NCBI GenBank assembly: GCA_964035545.1
Contig: OZ037768.1
Location: 19,637,700-19,701,699, forward strand
DNA: 64,000 nt
Direction of reading: 5' to 3'
Origin: Bugula neritina
Taxonomy: Eukaryota > Animalia > Bryozoa
The position numbers were made by a program, and so were the translations under genes. Shown piece after piece: positions 1 to 13,900 of the stretch (within the stretch, counting starts at the first letter, position 1; each line of letters begins with the position of its first letter). The notes below the pieces were generated by a model. That model had not been told where the DNA came from, did not search any database, and was given only the letters and a program-made list of their open reading frames with translations.

Positions 1-1969
1 ATCTTTAGCTGGAACACAGTGATGGAGCTACTATAGCATAACATTGTAATCCAAATTTGAGTTACCATTAATTATACAGCAATTTTATAGATATAAAACC
101 AGTAGATACTTGGAGGGGTGACTTTGAGCAAAAAAGTAAATGTCTCATGTGAACTTTTCGTATGAACATATGTTCAATTATTATATTTAACGTAAATCTG
201 TTTCAGAATTATGATTTTTAATTAACATGAATTTTTAATTCAGTTTTTAATTAACATTTATAATATTGTCATTGCGTTTTAAGACGTTCGTATGTCCTGA
301 TATAAAGGTGAATTAGTGCAGAAACATGTTCCACACATTGAAGAAATGATAAATTAGTTTTTTCATCTATTTCTGAACTAAGCCAATACCATCTATAATT
401 TTTATAGTATTGATTTATTCCTTTGTTATATTCAACTTTAAACACTCGAGCTCTTTAGGGTTGCTATTCCCTTAAACAGAGTAGCTACATTTCTGTTTCA
501 AGATGACTAAATTAATACTAAACTTATTTGCTGTTATTCATTGCCCTATACTTCAGTAACTTAAAAAGTGGTAAATAAGGTGTGAATTGAAGTGTTGCCA
601 TAAGCCTATATTATTCAGAACTCTAGTCTCTTTGAAACAAACACCATATTTCTGGTTGCAACAGACGAATGCAGGTTATTGCAATTATAAGTATTAAAAA
701 TAAGGCTTATGCAATTTTCAACTTTAAGGTTCATCATTCTGATAGCAGAATCTTAAGCCTCAACTGTCGGTTTATAGACCTCAAAGTTCAGTACAGAATG
801 TCCTAACTTAATCAGAAATATAGATTTGAGATTGTTCTTTGGGTTTGAACTTTTTTGTCTCCGTTCCACTTAATATGCAGAATTGAAATATATTCTTGAA
901 ATTAATTAATTATCTAAATCTCATGCCAAATAGCTAGCTAACAATCGAGTTCTTTTTATAGCAACTTTATGCAAATTTAAAGTATTTTGGTTAAGGTAGC
1001 TAATTGTAGTTGAGCTGGCTAAACAAGGTTATATTGGTTGCCTATATCATCTATTATACCTAAATTTGAATTAATTTTAAAATATCCTTTTTACTAGCTA
1101 AATACTCCTCTATTGCTACGTTAGTTCTTTGATCTAAATTATGGCTATAATCATTTGAATTTTATTGATGATTTAAATTAATTTGATTCAAGACATGTTA
1201 ATGCTTCACATGACTAATGAGTGACAACATTAATCTGTTGTGCAACCCCAAAGTGAAAGAGAGTAAAAATTTGAATTATTTGTAGCTCATAAGTGCCTGA
1301 TGGCCCATACCTTTCTAAAGCACCAAGGCTATAATAGTAATAGGTTTGTAATGTGAGCTGCCATTTTGATTATCAAAAGATGCAAAAAAATCTTTGTAGT
1401 TGTAATGGGAAAACTTTGACTATAATGAAAATTTATAGTTAGGCATTGGTCCACGTTAATATTTGACTTTTGATCACTGATTTTAGCACTTATAGGTTTA
1501 GTAGTCAGCTTATCTGTTTGGGGTCATCTTTTCTACTACAAAAAGTTTATCTAGCCATTTCTACGCAAAACTACTTCATTTAAGCCCAAATATTGTATTA
1601 AAATTGATTAACTCCACTATGCTACTAAGTATTTAGTCCTTTTAATAGTCATGTATTAGACAAGCTACATTGCCCAATCTGTAAAAGACCGCCAGTAAGT
1701 AATAGCCACTTATATTTTACTTCTTGTATGATATTAAGATATACTATAACTTTCCAACTCAAATTCTTCATTTATAATTAAAATGGTTGCAGCTGGATCT
1801 TTTTAGTTCCTTATAGATCCCTAAAAAGTTTCATTTACCAAACAAGTTGAAACCCTGCAGTTGCTAATGAATTAGTTGCTGAACTCTTGACAACCAAATG
1901 AATCAACTTAATCTGTGAAGTCTCCTTAAACTTGTTTGTTTGTATTATTTACTCCATGGGTTGTTGCAG

Positions 1970-4900
1970 GCTGAATGCAATAGAGAGAATGGACAAGATG
2001 CTTCTGTACTAAGAGGGGGAACTGCAAAGACCTTCAGATGCAACGTATGTTTTGTGTCCTTCACAACCAGTGTTCAGCTGGACCACCACTTACTTAGCTT
2101 ACAACATAAGACTGCTTCAGATCTCTTCATCAAATCTAGTTCTGTGGTACGTGTATAATGAGCCCTCATACAAAATATGAATCCAGGCATGTTTTTCTAC
2201 ATTTTAGAACTTTTTCTATCTGGGCTGCATATCTATACCAATCTAGACGATTGCATTTGCTCTCCTATATTGTGCAACATTTCTCTAAGTACAAAATGAT
2301 GAAAAACCCAAAAACATATGAATAAACTAATGAATAGATTTGGGGTTTAAAATAAAAATGCTAGTAAATTATCTTATGATTGCACCTAGAAGAATGGCAG
2401 TTGTATTGTACAGATCTCATCAAACTAAATGACACATAAACAAATATTCCAGTTCAAAAGCTGATACACCCATCAATTGTTGGCAGTGAGGCTGCTAATA
2501 GAGGCTCAACCAGCAAGTAATGATCCTCTAACTGATTACAGAATTATTGACATAATTTATGCAATTTTAACTAATGGCTTTACTTTCACGTTATTGCTTA
2601 GTAAAGGCATATCGCAATTACCATCAGTAATACTTGGACTTTTCATGGCATAAATTGGTCCACTTGACTGCCTGGTAACTAATGAACTTGGCAAGAAATC
2701 TGCATTTAACTGCTCACTGCCTGCCATCGCTAGACCTTCAAACAAAATTACAATTTTGCCTAACTATGGTTCTAATCAAAGAAATGGTGTTTAGAGAAAA
2801 GGTGGAATTAAACTAGAAACTACCTGAAAGTCAGCCTAATCTTACAGCTTGTAGCATCCTGTTCAGATAGTATAGTATTAATATGCAATACTTCAACAAG
2901 AAGACATTAACAAAGACTTCACTTGGCGATTGGGAGTTTCTAAATTTTTTCTCCAGTCAACTTATTAGATTAAATGCCAAATTTTTACTGTATATATGTG
3001 ACAAACTATGACAGCAATCCTTTGCAAGTATAACAACAAGTAGCGTTGGAAATAGTAGTTTTCAAATGACTAGTATACGAATTTGCATTCAGTATTTTAG
3101 AGAGCAAAATGAATGTAAAACAATGATTTATAAATTGTTATACCAAGTTGGTTACAAATACTAGCAATAAGATGAATGGCACCAGTATTGAGAATGAGGG
3201 TTTTTAATTGAGGTTAGTTTATAATAATTGTGAATGGCCTGAGAAGATGCCAAGGCTAGGGGAGTTCGCTCCAACAGAAAATCGAGAGTTAGGCCATTGG
3301 TTGAACCATCCAGAACTTCTGGCAGCTCTTATAGCTATGGCTTGCATGTTTCACCGTCATTCTCTGTTAGCAACACCTCAATGGGTGAATTCTATACCTT
3401 AGAATACTCATATCATCAGCCTAAACCTGCACCTGGATAGGTCACATCAGCCATCACCCCCCTCCTCTCTCTCTCCCCTCTCTCTCTATAGCAAGTTTAT
3501 AATACAATTTAGTTATTTCTATGCTAGTTTTCTGAGACTTTCCTACTCATTTAAGCTTTCCTTTACTTTCATGCACTGTACATGCTAACCTGTCTTCCTC
3601 TCATACAATTTTATAACATTTATAGGACACTGGGAAAAATGTCCTTACCAGTGGTGCACATGCTATTTCACAAGCTGAGGATGCACTGCTACCTTCTTCA
3701 AAAGAGGTAACACGTTCTAAACAAACTTCTGTCATTTAGCCTAATTTTTTGTAAATGAGTAACAGAATGTCATTTTCATTGGTTTTACATGACTTAATGA
3801 TTTCATTTCTTTGACTTAACGTAATACAATGAATCGTTCCCATAGCTACGGTTATATTGGCAAGATTTCCTGTCATCAAGGTACGCTTTACTGTGTCCCG
3901 ATGTACTCATCGGCTGGCTTAAAAATATTAATTTTGCTGATTGGCTATTAGTTTGATTAGTTAAACTGTATAAAATATTTCATTTGGATATTGATGCTTG
4001 TATTGGGTAGTAGAACTCATAGGTGTTTAGCTAATCAATCACTCACCACTCTGCGGAATAGCTCCGAGTGTTGAAGCAGCCAACAGGAGTTCTATATTTA
4101 ATATAGGCTGTAATGACCCTCTCGCAACTATATATAATATTGATAGGCTAGAGATACTAACCAGTCACCTACTGCATCAGAACTCAATCTGGATATCTCT
4201 CCTGGATCACTGGCTACCGTGGAAGCTGGTGAAAGCTCAACTAAGGATGCTGTCGTCAGCGCTGTCAAACCTAAGTTGCTAGACCTACAGCCTCGTTCTG
4301 AGCACCCCCAGCTAAACACATGCTTGTCTTGTGACGCCAAGTTTGTTTCTTCAGAGTTATTGATTCAACACCAGAAACTCTATTGTCCTGGTACTAACTC
4401 TTCCAGGCGAACCAGAACTTTTAGAAGTAACTTTAAAAGATTACTCAGCAGTTTTGGTAAGATTTCTCTGCTGTTGAAGTTAAACTGCTTCCATAATAAA
4501 GCTGTGTAGGAAAGTTATTGAAGAAGGGTCAATTTATTGACTTTTCTTTTATGCTTCTCATAAATTTGATCATTGCTTTTCCTGTAAACATTTAATATTC
4601 TAGTAGTCTATAATTATGTTGTTTGAAATTGATAATGCATCTTTGTTATTTTATAAAGTGTAGTTTTTGTGATTCAGTTGCAAAATAGAGAATTAAATTT
4701 ACATTATTAGAATGATAAGGTAGACAATAATTAAAACAGTACGATACAATATTTACTAGATTCAGAGATTTCTCAAAGAGGTTATGTAACTCTTCATTAG
4801 CATAAAGTTTCAGATAATCTCTCAATTCAATATTTATAGCAAATTAATAGCTCTATTTCAATCAGTTGTAGGTTTATAACTAATGAGTAAATGTAATTAA

Positions 4901-7900
4901 TTAGCATCCATGTATCCATTAGTAGATCCTACAGTTTGGCTGTACCCCTGTATATTTTACTTAGTGCCTCTGCATATTTTACTCAATGCCTCTGTATAGT
5001 TTCCTCAGTGCCTCTGTATATTTTACTCAATGCCTCTGTATATTTTAAAAAATGCCTTAAACATTCCAAATTCTAAGTATAAATTTTTCACAAATTTGTC
5101 ACCATTTTAAAATATACATATTACCATTTTTTACAAAAGATTGTATAAGATAGTGCAAAACATCAATTCAGGGCATAAGACAATGGGTTTTAAATCTTGA
5201 GATGTGAGCTTGAAATTTTAGCATGTAAAATCACATATACTATAAATTTCTTTGCCTTGTTACAATAACAGCCTAGAGCTTTGCCAGTTCCTTACACTAT
5301 CACTGTTTTTATTACAAATATTGATACTATTTAAAAATGACTGATTTAGAAGTTGATTGACGATAAATGATCATATCCAATCGGTACACTTAATAATGCT
5401 GACAGTCATTTCAAGTGTCGATATCAACAACCAGTTGGCACAGGCTGAAATAAATGATGCTGAAAATTCTGAAGCACTCCATTCTATTATCTCTAATTTA
5501 AACTTGTAAATTATCCTAATATAGCTGCACATGAACAATCATTCCTAACTTTAGGCGTAATTTGATGATAAATTTTTAAAACAATGTTGAATTGTAATGC
5601 CAATGATCCTGATCGGCTTAATGGTTATCAGAAAGAGTTGCTAAGCTTGAGTTATGATTTTAAATAATGTGTGTATATATATATATATATATAATGTTGA
5701 AGGTATCGAATGCGTCATGGGATTTCTGGAGAGCGAGCAGCAAAGTAGCGACAGACTCTCTCCAAATGCTGACTTTTCAGAATCTGATGCCAACTACTCA
5801 GGTGTTTTATCTTACGGTTATACTTTTAATATAAATATCTGAGCATTTGGTACTTTATATTGATAATTAGTTTTTTTTAACTAAGTATGTTAATCCAGTA
5901 TTAGTCTAAGAATAACTGGCTGCCTCGGGATTGCATGCCCTTGGATTGAGATTATTGTACTGAAAAGATTTTTATCATTTTAGTTTAATTAAAAGCTCAC
6001 AATAAAATTGCGATATCAAGTGCATTGATCTAAGTATACTTCATATGAGCAACTTTATCGTATTATATTGTTTGCGGCTGCTATAACATAAGAGGAACAT
6101 ATTTTCCTATTTATTTAAACACACATGATATCCTGGGATAGAGGTTGAACTTTGGTATTATGAGTAACATTGTGCGTCATCTTAAATACAATGTGCTGAA
6201 GTTCAACAGATTACCAATTTTTTTCATTGGCAATTGTTGATTATTTTAATCGTAACTAAGCGCATAAATTTGATATATTTTTTCCTTATAGAAAAAAGTG
6301 TTGATAAATATTTGGTATAATTTGTAAAATTTTCTGGTTTAACGTAAAATTTATGTTCAATGTTTAGATGATGATCCTGGAAGTGTGCAGGATACAGAAG
6401 CTGTCAGTATGAAGGATGACGTGCTGCCTCCAGAGATGAGCAGCGGCAAGCTAACCTGCTCAGACTGTTTGCAGACGTTCAGTGGTATCTGGGTGCTAAA
6501 GGCTCACAGGGAAGAGCGTCACCAGCAGTTTCTACCTGACAAGTATGACTTACGATTATTCTCACATGTCTTGTAATATATCGACATGGCTTTTATTTAA
6601 CTAATGGCTATTTTACAATGACCTTGAAAGAATTCAGTGTCAGGCAAATTTGAAAAATACTTAAAGCTAAAGTAAGTTATAGCAGTTTTTACTGTTGAAG
6701 AAAACATAAGGAAGTTTTGATGTTTGAGTAAAAGTAGAGAATATTTTATGCTGTACACAGCCAATCCTATATTTCTTGCCAAATTTTCTGCATTTATATT
6801 TAAGATTAAAACAGAAATTTTCAATAAATAATGGCATTTTGTATTTTTTATTGCTTTTCCCTTTTCAGTCTGTATTGTGTTTCTTGTGATATTTTGAGAA
6901 TACATAAATTTATTGCGATCCTTGTTAGCTGCTTAGTATTCGAATTATTCACAGTAATTCAGAATAAATTCATTTGACTGGCATTCACTAAAATACTGTA
7001 AAACATAAAAATCTAAGTAGTGTATTGTTTATTGGGACATAGCAACTTTGTTCTTTCTACATTCAGGACAGCTGCAATTGTTGCATAATTGATGTTGATT
7101 TAGTTTGTAATTATTTTAGGTTTAGGCACGTTAAAGCTATTATTTTGTCTTTAATGTTACCAGATGTGGTTGATTGTATTAATTCTTTTTGACAGAATGT
7201 TGCCAAAAAAATCTAATCAATAATTGTGAATGTTTACTCACATCTGCCTATTGACCTAGTACTTTAAAAAGCTGCCCATCAATTATTTTACATTTCCGGT
7301 AAGAAGAAAATATATTATTTTATGTTTTTATAGAATTACTTCTCACTTTGCCGAGCTGTACAAACAGAATTTCAAGGAAAGAGAAGAAGTAAAAGCTGAC
7401 ATTATTTCATTCGCTGCCGACACCAAGGTGCCTGAATCTCCTGTTGAGGCAGCAGAGCCAGTCCCTGAGCAGCCAATGAAAACAGAGCCTGTTAGTCAGC
7501 CTGCTTGCTCTACAGCCACTGGTAGGTTTAGCACTGCTATTACTAGCGGATGTGCATTATATTCTATAATATATACAGTATATTACCTCGTTTATACGGT
7601 ATAATATTATTTTGTTTATACAAAATTGTATATGGTCTATGCAGTATAATAATTAGTGTATACAATATACAGTATACTATATATCTTATACTGTATATAT
7701 TCTATACAGTACGTTATCTATTTTATACAATATGTTACCGAGCATGTCATACAGGACCTTTGTGCTCTGCATCGTAAGAGGTGTGAGGTTCTGAATAATG
7801 CTTCACTCACTTGCATATCGCAATAATTACATTCTAATACTCACATGATATCATCCATAGATTTTTTGTATATTTTGAGGTTTATCGCAATCGGATTGTT

Positions 7901-10900
7901 AGATTTTATATTACTATAAAAGTTTAATAAACTGTGGTAAATGCACCCACAGTTAGCATATTATAATTAAGATGTTTCTATATAAGCGATTACCTTGTAG
8001 CACCTCTTCTACCAGTCAATGCAATGGATCTGCTGAACTTTTCTGGAATGAACCCCTGGCTGAGCATGCTACCCTATGGAATGATCTCTCCAGCCATGTT
8101 TAGCCATCTAGTAGCACAAACGTCAGCTGGAGGTCTTGCAGCAGGCGGTTTAGCTACTGGGAACATGACCAGTACTAGCAACGCTCTCTCCAGTCCACCT
8201 TTGATCTCTAGTCCAAAGATGGAGGCTAGTAGCATGTTGAATCGACAACCTAGCGTCTCTTCTACCAATCAACAAGTATGCCGTTTATTCATTAGATGGA
8301 AGCAAATTTTCATTAGCATTTGAATTGTTTGTAAAATAATTTTTTTGGATGAGCAGGTTGGGAGTGAGAAAAGAGCCCGTACTCGAATCAGTGATGATCA
8401 ACTTAAAGTACTCAGGCAATATTTTGATATTAACAACTCACCGAGTGAGGAGTCTATTCTTCAAATGGCATCTAAGACTGGTTTGCCTGCTAAAGTTATC
8501 AAACACTGGTTCAGGAATACTCTCTTCAAGGTATTCTCAACGCTCTGGTTTCCTATTTCTATGCACCTCCAGGTCACTGTGAATAGCTTATTTCAATGTT
8601 GCCAGAATTCTAACCTAATTCATTGTCATGACAGAAATGAATTATTCATGAAATGTCAAAATAAATTTTATTTAGATAAAACTATGGCTAAAATTATTAA
8701 AAATGAAATATTAATTATCACGCTGGATTACATGAGGATCAAGATGATTATCAGTTTACGCTTAATGACACTAACTCATGTCTTTTTGGTATTTTATATA
8801 AATATTTATTAAGTTCATAATCTCTCTCTCCTTTCTAATTAATTAATCTTAAGCATTCAATAGATTGATCTGAACAAAAAGATATGATCCTGTCATATGC
8901 ATTATAAGTCTGAATTAATCTACTTAGCTCATCAATATGTAGTCATTTATTAAATACCTCATTGATAAATTGAGTTATTAAATTCATATCTACAGACCCT
9001 AGATGCTCTAACTATCTCACAAAAAGTAAACTTTTAGTGCAGATATTATTGCAAGAGGTTAATATGTACTAGAGCTCAGTAAATCTGAAACTTTTTGATG
9101 CATGCTAATGCAATTGGGCTTAACAGGCCTACACCAGTTACTATCTTTGTCATTGAATGGTGCGCTTTCTGCATTGGCTCATTTAGCAATGCATATATTT
9201 GAATTTTAGGAACGGCAGAGAAACAAAGACTCTCCATACAACTTCAACAATCCACCACAAACCACCCTCAACCTGGAGGAGTACGAAAAGACAGGTAGAG
9301 TCCCAGAGAAAGGCCCCTCTAAATCTTTTTCTGAGAGCACTAGCCGTACTAACTCTGTGACAATCAGCACACCCAGAGATGACGTCTTTTCTCCAACATT
9401 TGGTACACCATCAGCCCCAGGTGGCAGTGATCTGCTGTTTCAAAAGGTAAGCTTAGTTTGAATAAAATAATAGTCTTTTTGCTTCCTGGAGACAGTAGGC
9501 TGACATAAAGCTGGTGGACCTGAGAGTGCTTAGACTAGCAATACAAGTGACAAGGGTGGAAGAGCTTAGAAGTAAGCTACAGTGGGAAATCAACAAGTTT
9601 GGAGAAGGCTGGAGTAAAGCTAAGAGAGTCGAGACTGATGTTATATGACCATGAGTTGAGAAGAGACGCTATAAAGATAGTTATTAAGTAGAAAAAGAGA
9701 AGAAGACCAAAGAAGGAGTCCATGGTTATGGTAAAAATTAATATGGAGGAGCTATGACTGAAGGTGGAAGATGAAAGTATACAGAAGAGTTTAAGGGAGA
9801 CAATCTCTTGACTTCCCCAGAAAGAAACAAACTGACAGATAAAGAAGGACTAACATGCTGTCTGAAATCTTCGATGGTGTAAAGAATACTGTACTGTTAC
9901 AGGATAAAAGTAGCAGCTAGTAATTAAAATTCTCTCATCATATGCTAGCATTGTAAAAACAGTTTTTGAAAATTAGAGCTTACTTCTCTAATTGTCGGTT
10001 ACTTCAGCTAGTGTTGCATTAATATGCTTTAAGTTGGGTCTACAATAAATACTTGTTAGTTCCACCCGTGAATCAATATGTGTGCAGCCACATAGGCTCA
10101 GCTAAAACCTAATTCTCTAAAAAATAATTTTGAGTTATGCATTTAGTAAGCTGGAGTTGAATAAATAGCTAATTACCAGTTGTTTGAAGTGGATATATTT
10201 TATGAATGTTGTTATTTATTACCACTGGTATCACAAGACATGTATCGCTACCTTCACATTCTTGCTTCAATAGACTAATTAAATGCTAAACCCATATATT
10301 TATTCCTTGCTTAAAATGGTGTATTTTTGGCAAACCCGTGAATGATATTAAAATTGGTTCAAAGAATTCATACTTTAATCATTTACGTAATGTCACACTG
10401 GGCGGATTGCTATTCAATGTTGGGCCTTGATCTACCGCCTGTTTAGCAACATAATCAGTTTCTCCAGCCATCTGGTGACACTTCATTACTCAGTATATTG
10501 TTTCAGCATGATGCGCAATCCTCCCCCAGTTTAAAAGGAACGGCAACCGAGGAGCAATCTACTACAGCCAAACATGACATCATTGACACTGGAGAAAAAG
10601 CAGCAGCATATGCTGACTCAGCTGCTGAAGCAGATAGTGATCATGATGATGCTGTTATGGCTTCCCCTGGTAGTCCACAAACCTCTATCTCCAGTGACAA
10701 TACAACTCAGAACTCTGGCAACTTTTTCTCTAAAATGTTCAGGTTGGACTTCAAGTCATCTAGCACCTCATTTAATGCGACCCCTCATCTATCTCTATTC
10801 TGTTCTGTTTGGGTAGGTCATTGAATGCAACTAATTTTACTTATTAGTAATACCCAAGGGAAAGTATCCTATGGATCATTAAAAAAGGCATCCACCGCTC

Positions 10901-13900
10901 TGTTTCCCAAATGCTCTGTGGACCAAATATCTTCATAAAGTTGTTAATTATAGTTTCTATTAGCAGCTCCATGTTTAGCAGTAATTGCAAGAGTATTGAA
11001 GGTAGCCGCTGGTAAATCTGCTGTAATTTAGAAAGTGATTAGGCAGTCATCTGTATACTGACTATACACTATAATATGTTGGCTACTTGTTGTACGTGTA
11101 GAATGAGTTGCCAAATACATAGACACATGCAGTGAATAGTCAAGTGACAAAATACACCATTACATTAGGCTCATAGAATTTGTTCTCATGAAATGAACTG
11201 CCAAAATATAGAAAGTCTTGATAAATGGAGCTGATCTAATTATGTTGATGCAGTAAATCAGTAAAGCTATAAACTGTATTAATACAGTCTAGCTGTCTTT
11301 AAAATCATACAGGACTGGCTATGGCTATCTTCTTTTACAATCTTTAATATTTTTATTATTAATGTTGAAAAATATCTAGCAAATAATGAACCATACACCC
11401 ATTATTGCTAAAATTTAATTTTCAGGTTAATAGAAATTTCTTGAAAAAGTCATAAATGCTAATTGACAATTTAAAGCGATTGACGTTTCATATATATATA
11501 TATAAACCGTTAATGTTATATCAATGATATAAATGTAACATGCTAGGTAACATTAAGCGCATGCAATGTCACACCCCATCATGTGGCCTGATTTGCTACT
11601 ACTATTAAAAAGATGCAGTCATATGTATCTGTGCAGATATGTTGTAGTGTTGCTTTACTATTCCATTACATTTATTATATAATGAATATGCATTGTTTTA
11701 TAGTTCACCGTTTAAGTTCCACGAGTACTCCAACTCTACAGCTAGTAAACGAGCGAATCGAACTCGGTTTACTGACTACCAGATAAAGACTTTACAGGAC
11801 TACTTTGAGCAAAATGCATACCCTAAAGATGAAGAATTGGAACAGCTGTCAAGAGCCCTGCAACTTCCCAACAGAGTTATTGTTGTCTGGTTCCAGAATG
11901 CCAGACAGAAAGCTAGAAAGGTGATTAATTCCAAATATCTATTTCCTATTGGTGTTTTGACCTATTAGTAAAAGAGTTGTTATTTTTAAATGAGTGAATT
12001 CATCCCTCAGACAAATTCAAGATAAATTTTATTGTTTATTTATTTCTTGTGAACTTTTACATGAACACTGGAACTTATGTGATATAAAAGATTCACAGGA
12101 AACTGTTAATGATGTGAGATAAACACAAGAATCATATTCTGCTCTCAGGTGTATGAGAACTCGCCCTCGACAGCATCCACTGAAGTAACAGCAGTGAGTC
12201 AAACAGCCAAAAGCACATACCCATGCAAAAAGTGCGGCGTAGTGTTTAATGGCTACTATGAGCTCGTGAAGCACCAGAAGAGAGTTTGCATGAAGAATAA
12301 TGTAGTTCCGTTGCCCTTTGGCAACCAGGTGAGGAAAAATGTCATAATGATATGCGTGTATAGCATAAGATAACACATGTTGGGCGTGTGCCTTCGTAGC
12401 CTCTATTAGTTAACCACAAGTGAAACCGAAAGCTAAGCAAATGTTTTGGTCTTCTCCTTATTCATTATTATCAAAATAAATGTGTGTTTAATAGTTGCAG
12501 GCTGTCAGAATATGTTCATGATGAAGCAGCTAAAAAGCCACATAAAATTCCTACATAGCAATGTATCTTCCTTACTTTGACCTATTTATAAGTTTTGTTA
12601 AATCTAAAAAACACCCCAAGTTGCACACTGTCATCAAATTGAAATATGAAAGTCAAAGGAAATAAACACCAAACTTACGTTCACTACAGGCCGTCTTTTT
12701 GTGTGGTTGTCCTATCTTATACATATTTATTAGCTCATCGTGGTAACAAAACATATTTTTACCAGCATTAGTTGTTTTTTGTGGTTGTTAAAAGAGACTT
12801 CCATCTACTATGGCATTGTAATCAATTTCACAAAATGCATGTGAAATGTTTTTTTAATTTTATCGGTTTTAAATAATTTCATTAAGGCAGTTTTTTAAAT
12901 ATAGCAGGTAATAAAGTAGGCGGAAAATGCAAAACTATTTCTTTGATAGAGATGTTGCTAAAATTTTAAGTACATTTCACTTAACTTTGTAATTTATGTA
13001 TTTTTAGGACACTTCCCCTCACTCTGCATCTATTAATAGAGAGAAATCCACGAGCCAGAGTGAGGCGTGTGACACTATCTCGGATATTACCAGTAGACAG
13101 ACTAATGCCACTACTTCTCCAACACCGGGTCAGTATTACCCTCGCACACCTCACAGAGGCCCGCATTCCATAGACAGTAGTTTTTCTGATACTCCGTCTA
13201 ATCAATCTGACCAATTACCTTTACTATTGCTACACTACATTCTTAAACACAACTCTTCCTCCCCAAATGCCAAGATCTCTTCTAAAACTCTAGCTATGTT
13301 CAAGGAAAACATTCCTACTGATATGTTAGATATTGAAACCTATCAGCCACATTCCAGTTCAGGTTCAGTAATTGACTCGGATGCAACTGGTGACGTTTTC
13401 GGAGATGAATGTGTATCTACCGGAGATGAAACCGCTTGTAAAAAGACATTTTTGTCTGAGTGTTTTAGCTTATCGGACCAAATAAGAAGCAATGAATTAG
13501 TACGAGATTGGATAGAATGTTATCACAGCTCCGATACAAACAACAACTACGACGGTAGTGACTGGTGTTTTCATTGGTGTGCCGTGTTTTCTTGTAATCA
13601 TTTTCAGTTGTTTCGTTGGTGTTGTAAGCATGGTTTTCATCTAGAGCTTGAATGACTAAGTTTTTGGTATTGTTGTGAACCTGTTTAAGCATTTGCGTGG
13701 CTTTGTTTATTCACTCCAAGTCTTGCAGCGTTTGGTGTGCCGAGCTCTCACTTTATATTGTAGATGTGTTGTTGCACTTGCTTTTGTTAACACAAGTAGT
13801 TGTTTGCACCAACTGTTATTTTACATTTTGATTTCAGTGAAATACAGAACTTTTTTTCTCTTGAGTTGCTACCACTACACAATTCCAGTGTTTTTTTTTC

